Source of the DNA: Orbicella franksi
Lineage: Eukaryota
NCBI GenBank assembly: GCA_964199315.1
Contig: OZ116712.1
Span: forward strand, 20,832,001-20,896,000
DNA length: 64,000 bases
Reading direction: 5' to 3'
Positions 14,201 to 25,800 of this stretch are shown here, piece by piece (position 1 is the first letter of the stretch; the number at the start of each line of letters is the position of its first letter). The notes under the pieces were generated by a model. That model searched no databases and was not told the DNA's origin. It saw nothing but the letters and a program-made list of their open reading frames with translations. The position numbers and the translations under genes are program-made.

Positions 14201-16571
14201 TGTCAACTTACGATGCCAGAAAGAGCTGACAACGTAACTGCTAGAAAATGTAACACGGAATGTTAGAAGTATTTATCAGTTGATTACAGGTTATCGAAAA
14301 GTCTGGCAGTGTTAAATATTGTGCAAACAAAGAGAATGTTTCAGGAAATTTTCATGACATTTAGGAATGGAACTCGATCTATGCGCCATTACTGAAATAA
14401 GCTTAAAAGAAACAAGGACAACTTTATCAAGGGATCGACTGGTGTGGATTAGTTTCAACAAAAGACTTTGGCGATAAAAACTGTCTGGTCTTCTCAGTCA
14501 CGGAAATTCAAAGTCACGAACTTGTGTTCAAGTTGCAACTCGATTCTCAGTAAAAATTGCGAAATATTTGTCATGCTCAAAACATGCACAGAATTATAAA
14601 AGTCGCATCTTTCTCATTGCGCGAATGTGAGAGAGAAGCAAGAAGCATTATGATTTGTTTTTACACCAAATCTCTTATTTTTTTTTTTATCACTTAGGGT
14701 ACTCTATAAGGAGAAGGTATTTTAAAAAGAACTTCCTGTTGAAATGGAGGCAGACATTTTCATGTTGTAAACCGGAGTATGTTCTACTTTACATTTAAAT
14801 CACTATGAAATTAACGTTTTCTTATGTATTAAAAGTCAGCTTTTGTGCTTAATTCTGCATAGAGGTTAGCTTGTTGGTGACATGACGGACCAAGTAAAAG
14901 CTATTGATCAGACTTTCATGAAAATGTTATACAAGCTCTACCTTTAAGTCTGTGGATGAAACCCTAGGATGTGACCATTCAAATGAAAGCTACTGAGCAG
15001 TACTTTCATGTGGTACTGTTTACTATGCTGTGCAAGGTGGCTCTATCTTTTTTTTGTAAGTCTGTGGATGAAACCCTGGTATGTGACCATTCAAATGAAA
15101 GCTATTGAGCAGTACTTTCATGTGGTACTGTTTATTATGTTGTACAAGGTGATTCTATCTTTTCTTCTAAGTCTGTGGATGAAACCCTAGTGTGTTACCA
15201 TTCAAATGAAAGCTATTGAGCAGCACTTTCATGTGATACCGTTTGTCATGTTGTACAAGGTGGTTCTAACTCTTACGTGTGTGGACGAATGAAAACTCGT
15301 TGAACAACACTTCCCTTTGCCGTTAGTTATTAAAACTTCTGTTAATAATTTGAATCATTGTCGACTGTGACTAGTTTTTCACTTTTATATGTACCAGTAT
15401 TCCACGCAAAACCCGTCACTTAATGTATACAAAACAGGAGTAGCTAAACCTATCTCTTATCTTGCCCATTTTACTTTGAAATAAAACGTAAAGAAGATTA
15501 AGATAAAAATCGCTATAGTTTTTTTTTTCTCTGCTTCTTTGTTACATCAAGCTCGCGGTGGTGTAATGATTTAAAAAATGCGAATAAATTGCGGTAGAAG
15601 ATTGCGTAAATCGTCATTCCCATGGCCAGACAAAAACAATTTTAAAACTTTTAATCCCAGTCGGACGGTTGATACAAGCAGTGGGATAAATCCTGTATCA
15701 CCGGTCTGAACAAAGAAGGCTGTTAGAAGGATTATCCATAGAGGAACGAAGGCATACTCCAGAGTAAATCCGATCAAGATCTGATGAAATATCTCACGCG
15801 AGACTGACAAGTTACGTTGACAGGTGCAATATAGAGATGACTATCTCAAGGCAGTTTTCAGTTTGTTGTATAACTGAGGTTTGGATTGAATTTGTTAAAA
15901 CGACAACTAAAACAAAGTCAATCTTCAATTTTTTTGAAGTCTACCGTTGAATATTAAAAGTACACGTTTATCAGTGCAGTTAAAATAAAATGCAATTTCT
16001 TTGTGTAAGTAGCAATAGTCATATTTTAAGCGCAGTAAGATAATATCGATAAAGCAATCAAAGATTGGTTACGGTGAAATTAGTTTATGCTTCGCTAGCG
16101 GAGATCCTCCGAAGCTTATCCCAGCAATCATCATGACTGACTTTTGTTGTATTTTTACCGTTTTAGGTGTGGTTTAAGAACAGAAGAGCCAAGTGCCGTC
16201 AACTGGACAAAGCCGCCGAAAATAAACGAAAACTCGAGAAGAAATCCTCGCCTGGAACAGTTCCTCCTTCAAAAATCGAGCAAAAGAAATCAAGTCCTTC
16301 GCCTTACCAGCTGCCAAGCTGCAGTGCGAACATCAACAACATATGGCAGAACGGCCCAGCATCGACGCCACTAACACACAGTCAAAATTTCCCAACTCCT
16401 CCCGTGCTGACAAACAATTCTGGTCCGGTGTTCATGCCTCCCCCTCACCCTCCCCCTGCGCCTGCACCTCCGCCGTATTATCGACCAAACTCGGACTGTT
16501 CTTACATGTCGTCACCTTACATGCATATGAACAGGCCTGGCGAGCAGGCTTACCCCCCAACACATATGTAA
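5280..16571 (+). CDS. Otx: Orthodenticle/Otx homeobox transcription factor (PRD class, K50), 3 coding exons, 225 aa
   Basis: Exons 5280-5400 ([19 protein letters not shown]...PPPC, G|gtaag), 10452-10603 (cag|[51 protein letters not shown]|gt) and 16167-16571 (tag|[12 protein letters not shown]...THM*). Phases are 1 and 0 and the total of 678 nt is in frame. [11 protein letters not shown] and [11 protein letters not shown] are diagnostic for Otx. The intron at homeodomain codons 46/47 is the classic PRD-class position. Confidence 0.96.
12713..12862. repeat. Degenerate copy of an interspersed hairpin-type repeat in Otx intron 2
   Basis: Imperfect inverted segments (cgcagttatgtatgtacgtgacttg ... 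ttaagttgcgcacacaactg) resemble a common coral repeat. Recognised from recall, no search run. Confidence 0.35.
14895..15315 (+). repeat. Tandem satellite with a unit of about 112 bp, 3 good copies plus degenerate flanks
   Basis: tgtggatgaaacc recurs at 14951, 15063 and 15174. Each copy is followed by ...accattcaaatgaaagctaytgagcagyactttcatgtg. Confidence 0.9.
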
Positions 16572-18651
16572 CGACTGTTTAGGAACAAACGTCTGTATAT
16601 CTTGCTAAGAAGTCGTGCACAAGAGTCGTCTTCGCCGAAGGGAAGAGTAAGAACCGAGTTTCTCACGAAGATTGCCGAAGATGTCCGAACGTGACAAAGA
16701 GTACGCTAGACAAGCACATCGAACGTTTGGATTCGGCAAAACTCCCAAACGGGCAGTTCATGCTAACTTTAAGATGGAGTATTGTAAATAAGATTTTAAG
16801 CGCACAGCTGTCTCACTAGACGTGAGATTAGAACAACAACGATCGCTGTTAGAGTTCATTAATACAGAGTTTTATTGCTAAAGAAAGCAGGTTGGTCATT
16901 TATGAAACGAGGAGCTGCGTATCTATCATAGAGCATCTCAACGGCTCAAGAGTTACGCCGAATGCGAGTGGAGGAATGTGATAAGAAATGTAACAAGAAA
17001 AGGGTTGCTAGAAAGTTAGCAGGGAAGCATTGTCCTAAATACGAGTAGACTTTTCTAATGGTTGTCTTTTCATCTAAACACGTTCAAACTCTCAAAAGTC
17101 ACTAACGCTGAGAAATGCTTTGTCATACAATGGGCAAATTGTTTTCTAGCCAAATACTTTGTTTACACCAAACACGAAAAAGTGACGATGAAACAGCAGG
17201 AAAAAAAGGAAGATAACTGAGATTCGGAAAAGTGGATATGGTTCATGAACTGGCAACTGGCAAACTATAACGCAACCCTTTAAGTTTTGATTCCTTCCCA
17301 AACCCTTCTCGTTTCAAAAGTGACCAGCAAGACATATATTTTTTTCTTAATTTTTCACGTGCATCCTTGTTCACTTATGTTTATATAAATGGAGGCTTTC
17401 CTCCAATGCAGTTAGAGACGCTAGTACATTTGCATAAATCAAAGCACATAAACACATATCAACGCATAGTAACTTGTTCTCGAATTTCCTTAACACATAA
17501 TGAACTCAACGAACCAGTAATAAATTAGAATGAAGGGATATGCGGATTTTCATCACTTATCACTGTTCAACGTACAATTTCTTCTGACCGGTAGGCATGC
17601 ATTTGCTACGCTTTGTTATGTAACTAGTTGGAAGAATTTGATTGCTTAGCGTTATTCTTGTGTCGACATTCCTGACTTTGAATTGTAATTTTGGCAAATT
17701 AGAGGGAACACAGTTATTAACACATTTTGGATTGGTTTTGCCCGTTGTAGCAACCCGTTTTTTCAATAGCATTGCTGAAAAGAGTATACCTTCCCCATTT
17801 TAGGTATTCCCAACCCTCCCCTCCCACCCTCTCAAATTCACTATCCTGCTGTAGTATGACAGTCGTTTACAACAACAAGACATGTTTCGCTAACCCGGCC
17901 CATTATACACGGAGCTTGGGTAGGTAAGGGAAAATAGGTTGAAGTCGCCATGTTAAACTGGGATTATATTAAAATACTCTCTACCCCGTGAAAGCCGAGA
18001 AATCAAATGCGAATAAGGCCATCGGTTTAAATCTAAATGAATCAGACGCCTGGTAACTACTGATTAGAGCGCATGCGTTTTAAGATTGCTCATGATCACC
18101 ATCTGCTTACCAGTTACTCCGTAGGAATCACTGCTGACTGAAATTGCGCCAGCTATCGGAATGAGTCAGGCATTGTCAAACAAGAGCTTTTGCACTTACA
18201 TCACATTGTAAAGTCAAGGTATAACTGACGGAAGTCACTAGACGGATCGGATATCTCACTGATATTAGTTATTTACACGATGAAGGCCATCATTCACTGA
18301 AATACGTTTGTTGTTGTTCTGAAGCAAATTTTAAGATTCCAATTTTGATCAGAACTTTGCAGTAAAATTAACATTTTGAAAAAAAAAACTTTTAAGATTG
18401 CAATAACTATCCGATTTCGCTCCTTCCCTTCAACAGTGCTCTTGATCTTAAAAAAAAACACTAGCTTTTTTTTGGCCCGAACCCCACCTCCACAACCATC
18501 CACGTTGTCACAATTTGTTAATCTCGAACCCAGCGTCAAACGGAGGGAGATCTGGGTACAAATTTAACAATTTGTTACCTAGAGAACTTTGTTTTTTTTT
18601 TTGTCAGGAATCTGCGGTGTATCGCAGGCCCTACTTTTTTCTCTGTGTTTG

Positions 18652-19110
18652 GATACTTCCATCTAATTAAAACCGCAAAATAGGCCCTTTACCCAAGTTA
18701 GACAGCCAACCAAATAAGCCTTATTTCATTGTCCCTCGGAGCGGACAACCATCTGGTTTAAAATAAAATGATTTTTTTCCCGTCACTTCGTTTGTACGAG
18801 TAGAAACCCATCTAGGTGAGACTGCAGTATACGCTATATTTCATGTCTCCCAGAGTAGACACCCATCTAATTTAGACTACAATATAAGGCCCCTTTTATT
18901 GTGTCTAGGCAGACTCGTACTTCTCGGTCATAAGCAGGGACCCATCTCAGATTAGACTCAACTATAAGCCATAATGTACGCGTTTCTGACCAGACGTCCA
19001 TCTGATCAAGACTACAACAATGGCCCTCTTTTCTTGTGCCTAGACAACCATCAAAAATATTCCGCTGTTCTCCTTGTTCGAGAAGAGACCCATCTAAATA
19101 GGAACGCAAC
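18652..19110 (+). repeat. Degenerate array of RGACNNCCATCT-(N5-6)-AGACT motifs, spacing about 40-60 bp
   Basis: CCATCT at 18659, 18749, 18808, 18863, 18942, 18998 and 19089, plus CCATCA at 19048, all on one strand. Confidence 0.75.
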
Positions 19111-19892
19111 AAAGGTCTGTCCTTTTTCTCAGAAAAGGCCCACAATGCACACGCAATAAGTGGCGCAAGAACTTCTTTGGTCGCAAAAAGACGCAAGCCA
19201 GCAAAAAAGTGAAACTGACGTGTTTTGAGGTTTACCCGCAAGAGCTGTCGAAACGCAAGAAGTTGAAAATTACGCCGCAGGAGCCGGAAGCCGCAAGAAG
19301 CGCAAAAAGGTTACCAGATCCAGCAACACGATGTTTTCTTATCGGATCCCACAGTGACTGCCTACAAATGGCACATGACGCTCTTCAGTCGAATGTTGTG
19401 CTCTTGAACTATTAGATATTGACCAATTCTGGAATTAACATATACAAGCTGTCCGAGTACACAGTATTGCAATATTTGAATAGTGTACCATCTAATCTGG
19501 AATGAAAAATGGTTAGTTCTATCTTTAAATTCTGGGCATGGTTCTTTCATGATCATTTTGGCCGTGTTCGTTTCGAGATTTCTCAACACCGAATTTACCA
19601 GCTCGGCTGAATTACGATGGTGCTCCAGCACGTTTGCGAAATTTGCCCCAATTTGTAAAAGAGGCACGTTTGGACGGTTTTGCGCGCGTTTCACCTGAAG
19701 TGAGCATCAACGACCGCGATGAAAACAGTAACGGAATACTTCTCTAAATGAGCGGGCTAAAACCAAGTGACACGAGTACGGTAGCAGGCTTTGAACTTTA
19801 CCAAAGCGAGCACAAGATTATTTATGAGAGTATTAACAAGAGAATACCGATAAAAGTTAGATGCACCAAGTAATAAATAGTGATGTGTAATT

Positions 19893-22800
19893 TTAGGTGG
19901 TCTTGTTTCTGTTCTTTCTGTGAAAGGAATCCATTCTCTCCTGTTTCTCTCCGCGGCACAGCACACAGCTGTACTTGCTCTTAGTCCTGGCCAGTTGTGC
20001 ATAGGCTTTCTCGTCGATGCCATCACAATCTGTAAATGTAAAATTGTTTGCATGGGTGAAACCAGTAAGCTGATTTGGGGGAAGAAAGCTGCGACTTTCT
20101 TGTGACCGATTTTCAGATTTATCGTCAATTTTGTGTGAAGATTCAACGCCGAAATTCCAAGTTAGGCCTGGTAGACACATCTAACGAAGGGGAAAAGCGG
20201 TTCAATACGTAAATACATCTTTTTTGAAAAACTTCCTACCATGAGGCTGTAGAAGGTGAAGCGTCCCTATTAAGGCTGACGGACGAGACAGATATCGCGT
20301 TTGTACCTGGTCAGTGTTGTATTTTTTGTTCAGTAATAAGTCTTCTACCCATACAACTTCGATGGAAGATGCCACGAAAAACAATCGTTCACAAGCAATA
20401 TGAAAAGATGAAGTAAAAAGGAGATCTTCACGAACCAGTGTCATTAAAAAAGCTGTGTAAAGGTAACTTATCCAAACCTGTGTGGACCCAGCGATCACAC
20501 ATGTCACAGCACACCATAGGCAAGTCAGATTCGTCGTTTCGGTAGACTTTTAAACAAACTGGGCAGAAATTCCCAGCTCTGAATAACCTGTGAGACCAAA
20601 GTGTAAAATATCTAGTTTCACAGTTACTCGCAAATATACTCAAAAGGGCTTAAACTCTTTTTCTACAGTATAATAAATAATACTGCATGCAAGTTAGTGA
20701 TAATGCTTGACAAGTTCCATCCACGTGAGCTATGAGGGACGGACCATTATTTTTAGAGGAGAGGGCGGGGCGGGGGGAGGGAGGGGGGAGTAGGCAATTT
20801 CTAAAAAAAATAATTCCTGCATAGCAAAAACTGCTGAAGAAATAAATCGTGAAAGGGGAGCCATTAAGAAAAAAACATCGAGCAAGTGCTTTTTACTATC
20901 CAGGTCCTGTGTTTGACTTTTAAGAAAATACTTGCACAAGTCATTGTTGAACAAAAAAAATCATAGACAACCTAAAGGTGAGAAAACAACTCATGCCCCA
21001 GAAAATTGTTCACCCCCCTCAAAAAAATAATGGCCCGTCTCTAATCACAGTCCAGATAGTATACTGTAAACAGTTGCATTCTAACTGTTTCTGCTTTACC
21101 TTGAACACGCAGTGCACAGGGTTTGTAAAAACTGCACCTCGGATCCGTCACGCGGCTTGGTGTACTGTGGAGGGGAGAGTAAAGTCAATTAGAAAGGGAA
21201 CGGCAGTCAGGGAGAAGGAAGCAATGCAGGTCGGCCCAGATAACGGCTTTGAAGGAGTGCAACAAACCACTCCCTTACACAAAGGGCTGTTTCAAGAAAG
21301 ATTGTCCTACAAAAGCGTAAAAGCGTATGCGACAATGTCAAAAGGAACATTACTTGCAAAAAAATTTCGGACGATTTCACATTCGGACAAAAAAAGTGTC
21401 CGAAAATAAAACCGTCCGAAAAATTTACAGTACAGTAGAGTATAAAACTTCGAAATAGCTCCAAAGCTCTTAGGTTCCTTTATACCGGGCTTTATGGAGA
21501 GAACTCTCAGTTGTGACACTTTTTTTAAGAAACCACGACGGCGACGCCGAGGACAACGTGGATTAAAAAAATGATTTTATATTTTATCTACGAATCTCGC
21601 GGTACCCAAAAGTCATTTACTTTGTTTATCACTGTCAAAGCCATCACGAAACTGAATCTCGGACACATCGATAAATTCGAAATAAAAGTTCCTGAAATTA
21701 GCCATCGTGGTTCACGTTCTCCAGACAGCGCAGAGTTTGGTCATTTCATTTTGCTGTTTTGCAGAGGACGGCAATGGAATGTACAAAGAATTATAACGCA
21801 CGCGCACAGCCATTGTTCCGCTCATTAAACCTTTTGTTTAGCAACGTTGCCGTTGCCGTTGCCGTCGCGGCTTTCTTAAACTCCCTATTGCTTGACGTAC
21901 GTAACGACCTGATGGAATTTGTTATTTTCTCGTCGGTACATCTCTAAAACCTTGAGGGTGCAGTTAAACGATAATTTTGCCGGATGTTGTTTCAGTCTAA
22001 CTCGTGTTCTGTAGGAGTAAACAAATTTCGCTATGTTTCCGCAGCAAAGGATCTGAAATTGTTTTCCGAATTACGGGTAATGATGGTTCACGACAACACA
22101 CATCACCAATCTTAAAGTTGAGTAGGGAGGACACCTATGCCAATTTCTAATTAGTTCTCATCATCTTTGTTTGTTATCCAGCAAATTGAAATTACAGCTC
22201 TTTAAGATGTACAATGTAAATGAAAACGTTATTTTCTAGAAGATTCATTTCCTTATTCTCATCACCCTGCTGGTTGATAATGTATTGATAGTGTAAGGAG
22301 AAAATTAATGTTGATGAACAAACCTCGTGTTTCCATCTGGAAGTGTTTCCTTCACCTGGCGATCTCCTTAAGCACGAGGCGCACATACCACACATGTCAC
22401 AGGTCCAGCGACCTGGTACAAGAAAAATCACAAACTCTTTATTTAGAAAACAACACACAAAAATAACAACAACATAATTATCATTCACAAACAAGTGATA
22501 CCCATCAAAAGTAACCGTTTCATGAGAAATATTGAAGCACAAGGTATTCTTTTTTTGAGAAATCGACCTCAGAGTGATGTGAATGGTTTGCCTATATGTA
22601 TCTCATTCCCATGGTCAAAAGATTGTACACATAAGCAAAATGTCGACGATTCATTTGTTTACAATAACATTAAAAATTTACCAGCAAATTAAAGAGAAGA
22701 ATAAAGTACTAATTCGCTTATAGGGTGAAAGAAATTTCACACTTCAACCGTATGAAAAGTCGGTAAGTTTTTCGTCGAATATTTTGCCTCAAGTGTTAGA

Positions 22801-25800
22801 ATGATACTGAGCAAAGTCCTAGAAACCAATTTTGTTTTGCAGAAGTCGCAACAGTTTCTCAGAACAGGAAAGACGTTTTCGTAGCATTGTTACATGTAAG
22901 TTTGTAACCTTTTGCATTCAGTGAATTAAATGAAATTTATCACAATACCTTCAACACACTGGAGAGAGAATTACTTCTTAGCCTGCATAGCAAGCGTTCA
23001 GGTACGAAGGGATTTTTCCGCATTCTGGCCGCGCGCAAATTGGAGCTAGAGAAAAAAAATCGACAAGGGAGGGGGTGGTGGGGCGAGCGAGGGAACGTCA
23101 CTCCCTGCTTCGTCGAAGTTTTTGCTCCCGCTCCAATTTGCGCGCGGCCAGAATGCCGCGGAAAAGCTCTTCCGGTATGGGAACGCTTGCTAGATTATTT
23201 ACTTCTCAGTGGCCTTGCAGAAGAAAGCAAAGAAGGTCAAATCCAAGAGTATAGGTATTTTTCCAAGTGCACCGTGTCACTGATACTCACCTACAGGTAT
23301 TTGCTTTAATCCTACACAGAAACTGTGGTATCCACGATCACACTCGTCACAAAATAACATCTTATCCTGTAAACAAACAACTCTTCATTTGAGTACAAAC
23401 GAATAAATTCTGTGATAATTACAGCTTTGCGATTACTGTATACTACCCACAGTCAGGACAGACTAAACAGAGGGGAGATCTCATACAAAAGAGATCTTTT
23501 ACAGATTCGTCAGTGGCTCGTGGGAGGCTGGGGAAGGGACAACAGGGAGGGACGGGGGTATAGCAAAAAAGGACTTGCATAGATGCTGCATTGATTACCC
23601 GAATACCCGAATCAATTACATAATACACAACAAATGAAACCTACGTACACGTACATGTGTGTGTCTCGAGTTCCTTGTATCAGATTACAAACTACAGTCG
23701 AACCCTATAAAGCAGCCACCTATTAAACGGCCACCCCTTTTAGGCGGCCAGTAATCAAAGTCCCGATGAGGTTTTTCTATTGTTTTTACCTCTTTTAAGC
23801 GGCCACTATCCATTTCTCCAAGGGTGGCCGTTTAATAGGGGTGGAACTGTACGTAGCAACTATGGTTTTATTCCTCAATTAATATTTTGAGGACAATAAT
23901 AATTACCTCATCAAATGGATCTCTACAGATGATGCAAGTCTTGCACTCCATGCACTGCCAGGGATAAGTTTGGATCACAGCAACCAGCTGGGTGTTCATG
24001 TCCAGACATGATGGGTGACCTGTGCAAACATACAAGTAAATGACCTTGGTTTCTTGCCAGCGTATAGCTGGTTTTTACACAACTTAAAATTTCAAAACGG
24101 AAAAAAATGTAACAGTTATAAACAACACCACAAGAGGCAAAGTGCAGATCTATTTATTGACTATCACGTGTGCTTGTGAACATTAGGATTACATTACACT
24201 ACACAGATGGACATGCACAACACCATCATCTACATGCACATAAGTACATTTATTGTTTTCCAAGAGGGCACGGTAACAAATCCTGCAATCTGATTGGTTG
24301 TTAGCGTGGTCCAGATTTTCAAGTCCAATCTCTGACCACAGTCACGTAAGCCGCATACGATGTGTGTGTGGAAAAGGTCATCAATTATAACAGTGATTTG
24401 AGAGAGAAAGGAAAAAATGAATTGGTTATTTACTGTCTTAGGGTTGGTCTGTTTTGTGAAAAACTGTGACCTCAGACTTGAAAATGCACAGTTTTTCACC
24501 ATACAGACCTCCTAGCTGACAAATATAACGTAATATGCACATGATGGCATAGTGCCTACAACATTTTAGGTACAAAATTGGACATACCACTGTTTTCGCA
24601 TTGTGAGCAGTGTATAAGATCCTCCTGCAATCCTTTCTTGTTTGTATCAGGGCCTTTCAAGCATATACCACAAACAGCATCAGGGCGTTTTGGTGGCTGT
24701 GGAGATAAATGGTAATACATTAACATTGTATAAACACACTTATTACTGGAACCTAATTATCTTCAAAGAAGATCAGTTTGTGGGCTACTAGAATCTTTCA
24801 TTTACAAATGTTTCAATAAAATGGACCAAATCCGTCTTGTACTTAAAAATACTGCTGAGGACTGCAAATCCTCCTCTCTGGATGGAAACAAAACTCTCTG
24901 AAGTTACTTGATAACACATGGACAAATTGCAATGTCAATGTTGTTTTTATTGTGTGTGTTAAGAGTCTCTGCACATGCTACATGTATACCCAAGACTTCA
25001 ACATGAGGATGCTGACAAGGCTTCAAACATAGCTTGACTGTCTTGGACAGATAACAATCCTCACAAACGCTTAGATCAGGACTGCCATGGTTTGGACAAA
25101 AATTTCAGCACTATGCAGTCAGCACCTAAGGAGAAGCTTACTCTTTTCGTAAACAAGCATTGCATCTCTCAGGCTACCCCCAAAGACAGAAATATCTGAT
25201 AGCATTTATGTTGCACATACATTGTATCATTATGATTGCCCAATGACCAAAGACAAACAAATTACACTGTAGGGAGAGGAATTGATGTTAAGTGAGAAGA
25301 CCCCAGAGGTGGCGAGGGGGGGGGGGGGGACACTCCAATATAAAAAGGAGGGGGGTGCTCATCGGAAATTTTGAAAAGAACCCCTAACAGGTACCAAGAT
25401 CCTGTTTTCTGGGTGTGGCATTTTTTTTTCACCCTAAAGAGGTACCAATTCTAAAACAGTACATTATTTCCTGCTATAATTTTTTGGCAAAATACCCTAT
25501 AAGGTACCACAAAAGCTTTCCCTGTGGAGCTTTTGAGGCTCAACACTCTAAGAGGTACCAAAATTACTTTTTCAAGCCCTAAAAGGTACAACAAGCACCC
25601 CTGTCCTTTTTCTATGGTTCTCCCCCCCCCCCCCCCCCCCTCTCCAGAAGAAGACAAACATCTGCGGGAAACACACTGGTATGCATCTAGTTCATCTTGT
25701 ATGATTGTCTGGGTGAGGGTACCTGTAGTTCTATAAAAGAATTGTTGTTGGTAACTGATGTTTCGACAATTGGAAATCACCTTCAGAGTCAGGTGAATAG

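Noticed and set aside
18652-19110. CRISPR-like reading of the CCATCT array
   Set aside because: The context is eukaryotic, the repeats are short and degenerate, spacing is irregular and there are no cas genes. It is kept as a motif array only.
21062-21432. tactgtaaa / tttacagta inverted pair flanking PHF10 exon 21100-21164, suggesting exon capture by a TE
   Set aside because: Only 9 AT-rich bp match. The right-hand copy is better explained as the end of a separate partial MITE at about 21350-21430.
23443-23628. Cys-rich minus-strand ORF within PHF10 as a possible alternative exon
   Set aside because: The nearest acceptor runs into a stop within six codons, and the flanking exons already join in frame.
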